A DNA stretch of 64,000 nucleotides from Hypanus sabinus (taxonomy: Eukaryota), in NCBI RefSeq assembly GCF_030144855.1, contig NC_082722.1, positions 19,096,001 to 19,160,000 of the forward strand, given 5' to 3'. Position numbers and translations under genes: made by a program. The notes under the pieces were generated by a model. That model saw only the letters and a list, made by a program, of their open reading frames with translations. It did no database searches and had not been told where the DNA came from. Shown in pieces: positions 11,730 to 25,611 of this stretch (positions are counted from its first letter, which is position 1; the number at the start of each line of letters is the position of its first letter).

Positions 11730-12030
11730 TTCTCATTCTACCATAATCCGCAAGTGTCCTGATTCTCCACAGGTGTTAATGATCCTCGAGATGAGTATGC
11801 CATTTGGAACGACTTTCAACTGCTGAGAGAGCTGACATGAAAGGAGGGTCGGGGAGATCAAACACGAGGAAATCTGCAGATGCTGAAAATCCAAAGCAAC
11901 ACACACACAAAATGCTGGTGGAACACAGCAGGCCATGTCCAAGGGTCTTGGCCTGAAACGTCAACAGTGTTTCTTCCTATAGATGCTGCCTGGCCTGCTG
12001 CGTTCCACCAGCATTTTGCGTGTGTTGCTT
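11730..12030. mobile_element. Penelope-like element terminus with inverted-repeat junction
   Basis: Contains gaaatctgcagatgctg and the inverted arms 11897-11935 and 11991-12027. The same terminal sequence flanks the RT/GIY-YIG element at 14.3-16.1 kb. Confidence 0.7.
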
Positions 12031-12349
12031 GAGTTGATTAAGCTAGGTACAGATTCTGAATGGCCGTAAGCAGAAGGGCAAAGGCTACCAGTTCCTGAAT
12101 CTAACAAATAAAGTAGAGAGATAATGGGGACCATTAGAAGAGAGGTGAATGGCAGATGGATCTAAGGCCAGATGGGGGACGGGGAAGGCTTTGGTTAAAT
12201 ATGTGTGTCGTGGAAGGATGGAACCACTAGGTAGCAAAGTTTTTCGAAAGTGTCGCTTCTTCAAATGTGGTTAAGATAGACTGCTTGACGTTGAATACAA
12301 GGATAATATCTCATTACCTGCATCAAGTAGAAAATTGGTGAAAAAGGCA

Positions 12350-13340
12350 TAAAGATTTATCAAATATAAAACTTTTAAATGTATAATGGTAATGATGCCT
12401 GGCAATAATTCAACTAAACTAAAGTATTTTGTGAAGATTTTCGTTTGTATTCAATGCCTGAGGCTTCTTGCATAAGTGTGCAACGATAATCTACCAGCAT
12501 TGATGGATTCCAGCTGCCTTGATACCATTTTTTTCATGACCGCAGTCTCCTTGTGAATCCTTTCACCATGCTCGTTATGAACAGCACCAAGATCTTCGTA
12601 GAAGTCTAAATGGGAATGCAGAAAATGAATTCTTACTGACATGCTGCATTCATGCTTTTGTATGTTTGATGTATGTTGTCAATCAGCTGCTCGTAGTTTG
12701 ATGCTCTGTAGCTGCCAATTAGTTTTTCATTGACATCCTTGAATACCTTCCAAGGGATTTTCTCCGGTTCCACTAGACGCTCTTCGAATGGGCTGCCATT
12801 GACGACCTGTCTGATATGCGGCCCAACAGAAAATGCCGTCCTAAATTTTGGAATCTGGTTTTCTGGGAAACATCTCTCCCAAATATTGAAAGCATCCTCG
12901 GGATTTCTTGTCCCTGGAGACAGTAGGTTTCATCTGTCTAGTCTTGAACCCAGTAATTCTGCTTTTGCCTTTGTGTGAGAGTTGACAGTAATAGGTGGAT
13001 CCAGGTGTGGAAGTGATTACCATCAGTCTCCTGAATAACTATGATCTTCCCACTGCAAATCCACATATATTCTCGATGTTTAATCAGACTAAATTCTTCG
13101 CTCACGTTCATGGCAATCCAATCAGAATCCGAGATTCTGCTTTCCTTTTCATCTGCAACTCATTTCGGTATCAATCAGCTTTACTTCGTCACTATTCGGT
13201 TGCTTTCTAAAATTCTCCAGCAACCTACTGATATGATTTAGGCCATCGAATCTAAAATGCTGGAACAATGAAGAGGATCATATTTCAAATCTCATTCTGA
13301 CAGCGCGTAAAATTGCGTTCAGCTTATGAACTAACGAATC
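12350..13340 (-). mobile_element. Decayed DNA transposon transposase, probably Chapaev3-like (CMC group)
   Basis: Minus-strand peptide MSVRIHFLHSHLDF..DLGAVHNEHGERIH matches the recalled motif MSLKIHFLHSHLDFFP.NLGAVSDEHGERFHQ. Upstream frameshifted segments read (K)AELLGSRL and LIGSYRASNYEQL. Confidence 0.6.
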
Positions 13341-14289
13341 ATATGAATAATGGTGCCCACGACTGAGGCCTAACTGAAGAATTCATTTGCTTGAGTAATA
13401 ACAGTTTTCTATTATCGGCCTAGCAAGTCGGCCAGTGTTGAAACATCACTGACAAAATACTATGATAATCGAGCAGACTGATGGCTTCTCGATACACAGG
13501 ATGAATCGAATTAGTTATTCGGAAAAGTTAAAAGCTGGAGCTATCAGTTTCGTGATAAACTGTGCTTCTCCGATGTGGCAGTTTTCTCGTGATCTTGTTC
13601 GTCCCAACCTAAGCACCTCAGGATCAAACGCCGCCGTTCTATTTACCAAGAGAGTTCTACTCCATGATCGTGACCGCAGTTTACATGCCACCATCGTGCA
13701 ACTGAGATACTGCATAATGCCATCGCCAAATGGGCAGCTATCCATCTCGACGCGTTTCAGAACATAATCTGGGAATTCAGTAAGGCTTGTTTGAAGAAAT
13801 CTCTGCCCACTTACCCACAGCATATAACTTGTAGCACCAGAAGACCTAACACACTACTAGACCAATGTATACACAGATAAGAGATGGCTACTCTTCCATG
13901 TCCAAAAGGCACATCTAATTAATTGGATACCCTTCTCCTACCTGCATAGAGACAAATGCAAATGATCAAGGATTCAGAGATTAGGACAACAAAGAGGTGG
14001 TCGCGGGAGTCAGAGGAGCGCCACGGGATTGCTTCGAGTCGGTGGACGGGACTGTATTCAAGGTCTCGTCTGTGAAACTGACTGAATACTTCACGGACGT
14101 GAAAAAATAGAAACAGTAGCAGACAAGTGAGTCATTAACATCTGAATCTGCTGAGGTAAGTTCACAGGCAATCAAGACTGGCGACCAATCAAGTTATAAA
14201 AGGTCCATAAAGGCATGTGACCGGCGAAGTGCAATTCCCGATTAAGCTTGAATGAATGACGGATTCCGGACAGTTGACACCCGATTGAA

Positions 14290-16110
14290 TGCTATCAGAG
14301 TACAATCAAACCAGAAAATCTGCAGATCCTGGAAATCTGAAGCCTCACGCGCAATATGTTTCAGGAACTCAGCAAGCCAGGCAGCATTTATGGAACAGAA
14401 TAGATAGTCGACTTCTTGGGTCTGGATCCTTCATCAAAACTGGAAGGGAAAGACAGAATAAGAGGGAGTGGAAGAACCTTGGTTCAGATCTTTCATTCCT
14501 ACATCGATGTGTCTTCACACGCGCTCGAACTCATCAATGAATTTAAATTCTCTGGCCCAGATCGTTGCATTTTCACTATGGATGTCCAGTTTCTGTACAC
14601 TTCTATTCACCATCAGGATGGTCATAATGCCGTGCACTCCTTCCTGAACGACAGACCCAAATAGTTGCACTGTCCTCTGACTAGCAAATCTGGAACTCGT
14701 CTTCAACAATTTCTCCTTTGGATCTTCTGACTTCCTTCAAACCTAAGGTGCAGCAGTGTGCAATCGCATGAGACCTAGATATGTCTGATCTTTCGTTGGA
14801 CATGTGAAACAGACATTTTCCAAATATTACACTAGCATTGCTCTCCAACTCTTCCAAAATTATATTGTCGACTGCTTTAGTGTTGCTTCCTGCACCCATA
14901 CAAGGCTCGTCAATTTCATCAACGTTGCCTTCAACATCCACCCTGGCCTCAAATCTATTTGTTCTATTTCTGAAATATGTCTCCCCTTTCTCGACAGCTG
15001 TCTCAATCGTTGAAGACAGTCGAACTGCTGAAATATTTTATAAGCCCATTGACTCTCACAGCCAACTGAACTATACCTCTTCCCACACAGTCACTTGTAA
15101 AAACGCCATTCAGTTTTCTCAGTTTCTCCATCTGCTCTCGTGATGAAGCTTTCCATTCCAGAACTATTGAGATGTGCTCCTTCTTCAAGGAAAAGAACTT
15201 TCTTTCCTCAAACATCAACAGTTCCCACACCCACAACTCTTCTGTTCGCGCCATCCTCTTGCCCTTATGTACACATGCAGTACCTCTGCATCCAGCACAT
15301 CATTTCCCACAGGATCCCACCACCATGCATAACTTTCCCTACTCCCCTGTCCACATTACGCTCTCCACCGGGCGACCCTATGCAACTAGTTTGCTTGTGC
15401 AAACCAACTGATCACTCTTCGAGCACTTAGTATTCCAAGCAGAACAAGTGCCACATTTGCCCCATACACCTCCTCCCCTACAACCATTCAGAGCTCCAAA
15501 CAGTGAGGCGACATTTCAACTGCGATTCTATTGTGGTTACCTACTGTATCCGGTGCCCCCAGGCGTGGCTTCCTGTTTTTCTGTGAGACCCGACGTACAT
15601 TGGGAGAACGCTTCATCGAGTACCGTCTCTCCGTGAAAGTGAAATTTCCCGTTGGCCACCATTTCAAATCTACATCTCATTCCCATTCCGACATGTCAGA
15701 CCATGACCTCCTCTTCTGCCACGATTACGGCACACTCAGGTTGGAAACGCAACACCATTTATTCCCTCGGGATAGACTCCAACCTGATGGGATCAACTTC
15801 AAGTAATTCCTCCTCTCCCCCTTCTAGTTTCCCATTTCTAGTTTCAGTCTCTCACTTTACCTGCCCATCACCTCCTTCTGGTGATCCTTCTCCTTGCCTT
15901 TCTTCCGTCTTTTCCTACCGGGTTCCTCCTTCTCCAAACATTCCGTACTTTCAACAATCAACATCCCAGCTCTTCACTTCTCCTCTCCATGTCTCCGGGT
16001 TCCACTATCACCTACCACTTTGAACGTCGAATGTTTACACTTTTTCACAGATGTTCTATGCCCTGCTGAGTTGCTCCAAAATGATGTGTGTGTTGCTTTC
16101 AATCAAGCAA
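14290..16110 (+). mobile_element. Penelope-like retroelement (RT and GIY-YIG endonuclease), decayed
   Basis: FTMDVQFLYTSI (PLE RT), KNAIQFSQF, then GIY-YIG remnants (YCIRC, ETRRTLGERFIEY, VGHHF), with PLE-type termini at both ends. Confidence 0.85.
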
Positions 16111-16269
16111 CATAGGTAACGAAAGGTAATATAGATGAGCTAAATGTCTTCTATGCTTGCCGTGATTATAAAAACATGAAGGAACCATCACGAACTCTCA
16201 CAGCCTCCGATGATTCTATAAATTCAGGTTCTGAGATGACTTGACACAACGATGAACTCACGGAAAGCA

Positions 16270-18500
16270 TCCGGCCCAGTTGGGATACCTGCCGAGAACT
16301 AAAGAACTGTGCTGCTCAATCTAAAACGCTCTCCTACTTTAAGCAGGCTCCGATGATACAGATGATAACGAAGAACGTGGTAACGTGCTATGCCCCTTTC
16401 GCACTTCGATCCAGCGTGCCAACGTGTTTTGAGAGATTGGTTAATGTAACATATAAACTGTGGCATAATGCACAAAATGGATCCGCTCAACTTTGCCTAC
16501 CGTTAAAACAGATCCTCAGCAGGTGCTATTTCATTGTCCCTTCAATTATCCTGGAATATCTGGATACATTAGGATGCTCTTTATCGACTCATTTCGGAAT
16601 ACAATACAATCGTCTCCTCAAAACTAATCAATAAGCTTGAAGATTTTATTACACAAAGGTTGGCGGTGTTGTGGATAGTGTGGAGTGCTGTCAGAGATTA
16701 CAGCAGAACATCGATAGGGTACCAAACTGGGCTGGGAAGTGGCAGATGGAGATCAACCCAGATATGTCTGAAGTGGTGCATTTTGGTAGGTCAAATATGA
16801 TGGCGGATTATAATGTTAAATGTAAGACTCCTGGCAATGTGGAGTATCAGCGCGATCTTGGAGTCCTAGTCCATAGGATACTCAAAGCTGCTGCACAGGT
16901 TGACTCTGTGGTTAAGAAGGCATACGGCGCATTTGCTTTCATCAACCGTAGCCTTGGGTTTAAGAGCCGAGAGGTAATGTTACAACTTTAATGAACCTTG
17001 GTCAGAACCCATTTGGAATACTGTGCTCAGTTCTAGTTGCCTCACTGCAGAAAGAATATGGAAACTATGGAAAGGGTTCAGAGGAAATTTACAAGGATGT
17101 TGCCTGGATTGGGGAATATGCCTTCTGAGAATAGGTTGAGTGAACTTGGCAGTTTTTCCTGGGAGCGACGGAGGATGAGAGGTGACCTGATAGAGGTGTA
17201 TAAGATGATGAGAGGCATTCATCGTGTGGATAGCCAGAAGTTTTTTTTTTCCCCAGGGCTAAAATGGCTAACACGAGTGAGCAGTTTTCAGATGCTTGGA
17301 AGTACTTACAGAGGAGATGTCAGGGGTAAGTTTTTACGCAGAGAGTGGTGAGTATGTGGAATGGGCTGCCGGCGGCAGTGGTGGAGGTGAATACAGTAGG
17401 GTCTTTTGAGGAGCACATGGATAGATACATGGAGCTTAGAAAATTAGAGGGCTATTGTTAAGCCAAGGTAATTGTTAACGTAACTACATGTTCAACACCG
17501 CTTTGTGGGCCGAAAGTCCTGTATTGTGCTGTAGGTTTTCTATGTTTGTATGTTTAGCTTCAACGTCCCCATGCACAATAGATTCAGCGATTTCATCACT
17601 TGTAGGCTGAAATGATTACAGACTGTCAAAAACATCTCTTCCACAAGCCCCATCAGCAAAGCTGTATGATCACCATTCTGTTCTGATCGATTTACCCCTA
17701 TAACTGTGTGGCTAAGCATAGCTCCAAAGCATATGTAAGTCTACTGTGGACACCACTGTCGTGGGCCGAATCAAAGGTGGGGTCCAATTGGTATATAGGA
17801 TATGGATTGAAAATCTGACTACGTGGTTCCGCAGTAAAAAAAAACACTCTTGTTCAATGTCAGCAAGAGCAACGAGCAGATTATGCATTTCAGGACGAAG
17901 TAACCGGATGTCCACGGACCAGTCCATATCGGGGGATCAGAGCTAGAGAGGATTAGCCACTTTTAATTACTCAATGTTATCATTTCAGTGGACTTGTCCT
18001 GGTTATGATGATAGTGTGGCAGCAAATCTACTTTCTTCGGAGTTTGCGAATAAACGGTGTGACAGCTACAGCTTTGGGTAACTGCTGTAGATATGCAGTG
18101 GAGATTAGTTTGAAACACCTATGCCCTGGAACGGAAATACTTTCAAAATGTATCGGATACGGCCCAGCGCAACACCGATAAAGTCCGCGTCGGCACTGAG
18201 CACATCTACATGCAGATATATCGCAGACAGCAGCCACCATCATCCAGGAACCCCGCCAGCCGGCTCATGCTTTCTTTTCGATACTGCGCTCAGAAAAAAA
18301 GGTACAGGAGAATCTGGAATCATACCACCAGGTTCAGGACAAGTTATCATACCTCAGCAATCAGGCTTCTGAACCAGAGGGATTAACTGCGCCGAATTTC
18401 ACATTCCCCATCACTGAACCGTTCAAACAACCTATGTACTCATTTTCAAGGACTCTGCGTTTCATGTTCTCGATTGTTATGGCTTATATATTATCATTAT
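16270..18500 (+). mobile_element. Rex1/Babar-like LINE relic interrupted by a CR1
   Basis: LKNCAAQ and PTCFERLV segments before 16640, then DCVAKHSS..DTTVVGRI and FGMS segments after 17580. Confidence 0.65.
16650..17555 (+). mobile_element. 5'-truncated CR1 LINE
   Basis: KWQMEINPDMSEVVHFGR, EYCAQF, ERRRMRGDLIEVYK and the tail gtgctgtaggttttctatgtt. Confidence 0.9.
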
Positions 18501-19559
18501 CATTACTACAATTTGTCATATTTATTTCTCAGCTCAAGCTGGTGAAAACTGAGGTATGGCCGTAGCCAAACACACTCAGTTCTCTATTGTTAGGATTATT
18601 ATGACTTTTCCAGTGACGTTTAGTATTGTGGTTTCTGAAGACCTACATAATTTTTCCTGTATACATCTAATTGTTTGATGATACTGTGTGACGACCTTGG
18701 GATGATATCATTTGTAGATATTACTATTGGGACAGTATATTCGGTTCATATTCCATAGTCTTTCAATTTCCCTTTTCAATCTAGCATATTTCTGTTTTTT
18801 TTTTCAGTTATTGGCTTCTGTATGTTCTGTCAGCTTTGAATGGTTATATCTATTAAGGAAGTTGTCCTTGCTTATTCATCCTGAATTCTATCCGAACAGA
18901 TATTATGGATTGTCCTATCTCTGATACATTGGTCTCTGCCACTCTGCGCACTGTTCTATGATGTTACACAGTGTGATGGTCGAGTCAACACAGCCTCTTT
19001 TTCTCCTGAAGTCTCCTTGCTCTGTCCTCAAGCATACATCTCCAACATCTGAATCTGAACTTACACAACAGCCTGATAAAACTTTGGCTATATTCTCTGT
19101 AATAAAGGATCAGGTGTAATATCATCCGTGTTATTCTGACTCTAAAACTGGGCCAAGCTTGCACTTATAATAAGATATGTTTTATTTTATGAAGTTGTAT
19201 TTTAAAGCAAGATTTTCGTGAATAGTGTTTGCTATTTCATTGTGCCTGTGCAAATAATCAGAATGAGTTAAACTGCTGCAAGATCGTGTAATTTGTTTGA
19301 TTGTTTATGTTTTTTTACTTGAAATGCTCTGCAATTATTATCTTGAATGTGTTGGTTTTTAATATATTTTTTCTAATTTCTACTGTGTTAACCACCAGGC
19401 CCTGCATGTTATATGAACATGAATGGTGAAAATTGCGGGTCTATGACACGTGTATATCCGGATGCTTGATTCGCAGAAGGCTACTATGAAGCTGCGTCAC
19501 AATAGTTACAAAAGTTAACTTATGCGATCTCTGGAAAGCAGACTGTAAACAAACAGTGC

Positions 19560-20530
19560 AATTGCAGATATAAATAAGTAGCAATAAATAATGAGTATGA
19601 AATAACAATATAGAAGACCCCTTAAATGAGCGTAGCTATGCCCTTTGTTGAAGAGCATGATGTTTGAGCAGTAGGAACTGTTCTTGAACCAGGTGGTGTG
19701 AGTCCTGAGGCACCTGTACCTTCATCCTAATGGCAGCAGTGAGAAGAGAGCATGGCTGAGTGGTGAAAATCTTTGCTGGTGGATGCTGCTTTTCGGTGGC
19801 AAAGTTTCATGTAGATGTTCTCAATGGTCAGGATAGTTTTACTTTGCCGTGCTGGACCGAATCCACTACTTTTGTAGGACTTTCCGTTGAAAGGCATTAG
19901 TGTTCTCTAACCAGGCTGGAATACAGCCAATCAGCACACTTTCCACCACATATCAATAACAGTTTGCTATGGTTTTCGATAACATGTCGAACCTCCTTAG
20001 GAAGTAAAGGTGCTCTTGTGTTTCCTTCGCTATAATATTTATATAATGAGTCTAGGGCAGATCCTCTGAGATAGCAACTGACCCTTTCCAGCTCCGATAC
20101 TCCGTTGTTTACCTGCTCTGGATCTCTAATTTCCATTTCCTGAAATCAACGATCTGTTTCCTGGTCTTATTGACATTGAATGAGAGGTTGTTTTTATTAC
20201 ATCACTCATCCAGGCTTGCAATATCCGTCTTGTATGCTGATTCATCATCCCTTTTGATACAGCCTACACCAGTAGTGTCGTCAGCAAACTTGTATGTGTT
20301 GTTGGAGCTCTACTTAGCTACACGGATATAGGTATAAAGCAAGTGAAGAAGGGGGCTAAGTACGCAAATCTTCGGTGCGCCTGTGCTGATTGACACTGGA
20401 AAGGAGATGCTTTTGTCATCCGAACTAACCCCAATGCTGGTGTCTACAATAAGGAAATCCTGGATCCAATTCATCTTCACGGCCAGTTTTCAGAGTTTAC
20501 AGTTTGGTTTACTGGGGATGATTGTGCTAA
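19560..20530 (-). mobile_element. Rex1/Babar-like RT fragment
   Basis: Reverse complement encodes KFADDTTGV, N(V)NKTRKQIVDFRK and YLKDP segments. Confidence 0.7.
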
Positions 20531-21480
20531 ATGCCGAGCTGTATTATAAATCTTCGGAAAATAAATATAAAGAAGGGTGTTAAGACGGTAAAAGAATAGA
20601 TTACGTCTGGTGGACCAAGCACAGTATTAGTGTGCTAATTCACAGTATTGCTCTCTTATTGCTGCTGTCATCAGGAAGCAAATACAGAAGCCTTAGATCC
20701 CAGACCACCAGATTTAGGACTAATGATTATCTTCAAACATCAGGCTTCTGAAACATCGTGGAAACTTTCACTCTTCTCAATTGAGCTGATTCAACAAACG
20801 ATGGACTTGTTTTCAATTGCCTCACAACACATGTTTTAGTATATTATCTTAACCTAATTATTTATTATTAATACAATATTTTGTTTTCCTTTCCACATTG
20901 GTTGTTCGTCAGTCTTTGTATTCAGTTTTTTACTGAGTTGATTGCATTTATTTGTTGCGCTGCGAATGCCCGCATGAAAATGAGTCTCGGGGTAATAAAT
21001 GGTGACGTATACATACTTTGATAATAAGTTTACTTTGATCGCTCGTCTTTACTTTAAGCAATGGTGCAAATACATTGGAAACAGTTCTGCGTGAAGGTAA
21101 ATAAGAATGATCAGTAGATGGGCATGTTGGCCCGGCTACATTTGTATCCGCTGAAGTTTAGAAAATGAATAGTGGTATCGAGTGATAGGTATTTGATCGT
21201 CAGGACTCTAAAAAGTGAAGCTATGAAAGGGTTATATGCCCATGTGAGGAAAAATAAATTACTTCCAGTTTCTCGAGTCTTTGGATCCCTCTTCCTGAAA
21301 CAAAACACTGAAAGCCATATTTTTAGTTTTCTTTTAAGGTAGACAATAAAATCTGCTCAAGAAGCAAGCAGTTGAAAGTTACGGTGAGTGGGTGGGGTGG
21401 AGATCTGATGTTACCGTCAGTCAGATAAGTCACAGTTTTATTGACTGGCAAAACATGTTTTACTTGCCAAGTGCTCTATT

Positions 21481-21826
21481 TGTCATGGTCCCTTCTGGCA
21501 ATCCCCCACCGGGCTATTTACCTCACGAATTGGGCGTCAATCCCCTTGTTTAGTTTCCTATCATTCCCAGGTGCCACTAACTACACACCTGCTTTCCATC
21601 AGCAAATTAAGGATAAAAGCCTCGTGATCACAACACGGAGCTGCCAGTTCGTTGCATGTCTCCGGTGTGAGTAACCTTGTTTCATAGTTTTTAGGACTGC
21701 CAGTTCTAAGTCTAGCATCGCTGCTGGATGTCGATTCCACGCTCGCTACGTCAAGAACGCCTCCCGACTGTGCTTCCGCGCTCGTGTTCTGCAGTTGGGT
21801 TTATCTGCCGTCTCGCTGGTGTAACA
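21481..21826 (+). repeat. 5' LTR of the chromovirus
   Basis: Aligns by eye with 31919-31993 plus 32815-33072 at roughly 85% identity. Confidence 0.92.
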
Positions 21827-24800
21827 GAATTAACTGGCCATAATGAACCCAGCGGCACGGATCCCGTACAACAGGCCCTCGCCAATCAGGGCTACCTACT
21901 GGGTGCCCATGGCCAACTACTTAGGGAAGTCACGGAAAAACCTTCCAACGCTGTCCACGAATGTACGGAAGGTCAGTGAGCAGGCGGATCAAGTTTCGTC
22001 TTCCCTTTCTCTGTTCTCTCCAAGAATCCGGACGACCAAAACCGCAGCTCTCCAAATGGCGTCACCCCTGTGACCAGCAGCACGGTCTTCTCGAAAGCCA
22101 TACATCCCCGAGCCCGAACCTAGACTGGGGACCTAGGGAGGTGCCGGGCCTTCCTGTTACAATGCTCTCTGGTCTTTGAGCTACCATGTACCTGCACTTC
22201 AGGTAAATCCAAGATTGCGTACATCATGGGGCTCTTACGGGGGTGGGGGGGGGTGCTTGGCTTGGGCAACCGCTATATGGCATAATTGACCAGAGCTTTG
22301 TTCCTCCTTCCCCTCCTTTTTTGCTGGAATGAGGAAGGTCTTCGAACAACTCATGAGTGGTAAGAACGCAACCAAACGCTTGCTGACTCTTAGTCCGGGT
22401 TCGCGAAGCGTAGCAATGTATTACAACGAATTCCGGACTTTAGCCGCAGACTCAGGGTGGAATGGCGAGGCGATATGACAGGTGATTCGACAGGGCCTCA
22501 TGGACAAGATAAAGGATAGACTGGGCAACGAGGACACAGACCCTCATCACTCTCTGATCTCGCTAACCACCAGATTAGATAATCAACCTCAAGAGCGGGT
22601 GAGAGAAATAACTTGTCGCCCCGCTGCACGGGGAAGCCCACGGTCCACCTGATCAGTCCCAGCCAGCCTCCCTTCCCCTGCTGTTCCAAGTGTAGCTGCT
22701 GCTCCGAACAACCTCACCACCCTGGGGGAGGAACCGATGCAGCTGGGACGGAACCGGCTCTTCCCGGCAGAACGACTTCGCAGGTGGAGATCTGGGGATT
22801 GTTTCTATTGTAGCCAGCCAGGACGTTTCCCGGATTTCTGCTCTCAGCGGCCAAAAGGGAGGGCGCAGTGGAAAAGGAGGATACCTGGTTAGCCGGACGA
22901 TACTCCCTTCAGTCCCCCAGACTCGGATACAGATCTCGGCTACCGCAAATTACCAACGACAGTCTCCGTCGCTATCCGCTATGGTGGATTCCGGTGCCGA
23001 GGGCAACCTGCTGGACAAAGACATAGCCTCCCAGACTGGAATACCTCGCGAGCCACTAACTACCCCTCTGATGGTCCGGGTCTTGGACAGAATACTGCTG
23101 GCTTCGGGTGACCAACTGTACGCAATCCCTGACCTTGATTCTATCTGGCAACCATCGGGAGAAGGTGCGATTCGGTCTCATTCGTTCACCTCAGGCCCCG
23201 GAAGTTCTCGGGTATCCATGGCTGACCCAACACAATCCCCACATCGATTGGTCTACTGGGAGGATAGCCAAATGGAGCCGGCCTTGCCACGCCAACTGTC
23301 TGCGATCAGCCCCATCTCCCAGGGAAGCTACCGCGGCTCTGCCTGCCCCGGAACCCCTCGAATTGTTCCCAATCCCCACAGAATACCATGACTTGAGATA
23401 GCTATTCAGAAAACAATGGGCCCTTACCCTGTCTCCGCCCATAAGCTTGTGCCATCGACCTTCTCCCGGGGCCTCGCTACTCACCAATCGCTTTTTTTAA
23501 CCTATCCCGTCAGGAGAGAGAGGCCATGGAGAAGTACATCATCAAATCGCTCGCGGCGGGCATTATCAGACCATCATCTTCCCCAGTAGGCGCCGGTTTC
23601 TTCTTTGTGGAAAATAAGGACGGGTCGCTTCGTCCTTGTATTGATTACAGAGCCTAAACAGCATAAGAGTTAAGAATAAGTACCCTTTACCTCTCATTAT
23701 TTCGGCTTTTGAACCACTGCATGAAGCCAACATTTTCTCAAAGCTGGGCTTTCGGAATGCTTACCATGTAGACAGGGTGAGGCAGGGGACCAGTGGAAGA
23801 CGGCTTTTAATAAACCTCTGGGCCACTTTGAATATTTGACATGCCGTTTGGTCTCACCAATGCTCCTGCCGTTTTCCAAACCCTCATTAATGACGTTCAT
23901 CGTTTCGTATTCGTTTACCTCGATGATATCCTGATATTTAATAGCACCCCCCCCCCCCGCCCCACGAACACGTTCACCATGTCCGTCAAGTTCTCCAGAG
24001 ACTGCGGGAAAACCAATTATTTGTGAAGGTGGAGAAATGTGAGTTCCACATTCCTTCGGTCAGCTTCCTGGGTTCTATCATCGAGAGCAGGCAGGTTAGA
24101 TCAGACCCTGAGAAGATCCAGGAAGTGGAAGAATGGCCTAGGACCATGACCTGCAAACAACTTCAAAGATTCCTGGGGTCTGCAAACTTCTACCGCCGAT
24201 CCATCAGATATTACTGTCGACTGGCGGCCCATCTTACCCTGCTTACCTCGCCTACTACCCCCTTCTTTTGGGGCTCCGAAGCTGACTCGGCGTTCACCGA
24301 CCTGAAGAGACGTTCACCACTGCTCCTATCCTGGTCCATCCGGACCCAGGCCCTCAATTTATTTTCGAGGTGGACGCCTCTAATTCCGGGATATGAGCAG
24401 TCCTGACCCAACGATGAAGTACAGAGGAAAGCTTCACCCCTGCGCCTTCTATTCTCGCCGACTGTCCCCCGCCGAGCGGAATTACGACGTGGGGAATCGG
24501 GAAATCCTGGCGGTCAATCTAGCATTGGAAGAATGGGGGCACTGGCTGGAGGGGGCAGAACAACCGTTTGCGGCACGGACTGATCATGAAAACCTAGTGT
24601 ATATTCAGACTGCCAGCCGTTTGAACTCCCGCCAGGCCCGTTGGGCGTTATTTTTTGGACGGTTCAAGTTTTCCCTCACATACTGTCCAGGGTCCATGAA
24701 CGGGAAGCCGGACGCGCTTTCCCACCAATATGACTCCAGGGAGGAAACTTCCAGCCCATGAACTATCTTCCCACCATCCTCCGTGGTCGCCACACTCACT

Positions 24801-25611
24801 TGGGAGATCGAGTCCAAAGTAAAAGAAGCCTAACAGGATGACCCCGAACTTAGCAATGGACCCGGCGATGGCCTGTATGTGCCTGTTTCCGTCTGGTCTC
24901 AAGTTCTCCAATGGGAGCACAGGTCTCGGTTTACATGCTACCCCGGGAGTGATCGGACCCTAGCGCTCCTGAAAAAGCATTTTTGATGACCGTCCATGGA
25001 GGCGAATACCCCTTCCTATGCCTCGGCATGTTCCATCTGCGCCCGGGGGAAAGCCTCTCATCGGCTGCATGCGGGTTTACTTCGCACTCTACCTGTCCCT
25101 TATCTTCCCTGGTCGCACATCGCCCTGGACTTCGTCACTGGTCTACCTCCTTCACAGGGTAACACCACCGTACTCACCGTGGTAGACCGGTTCTCCAAGG
25201 CGGTGCACTTCGTAGCCCTCCCTAAACTCCCTTCCTCTCAAGAAACCGCAAATCTCCTCGTCCACCACGTCTTCCGCCTCGATGTAATCTCAACAGACAT
25301 AGTCTCCAATCGCGGTCCCCAGTTTATCTCACAGGTATGGAAAGCCTTCAGGCAAGCCGTAGGTGCATCGGTCAGCCTGTCATCCGCCTTCCACCCCCAG
25401 ACGAATTGGCTGACGGAACGAGTCAACCTGCGTTGCATAACGGCAAACAACCCGACTACCTGGAGCGTCCACCTCCCGTGGGTTGAATACACCCTCAACT
25501 CTCTGGTGAGCTCTGCCATTGGAAGTTCTCTATTCGAGTGTTCCCTAGGGTATCAACCCCCCTCTGTTCCCCGTGCAAAAGGAGGAGATTGCAGTACTGT
25601 CGGTCCAAGAC

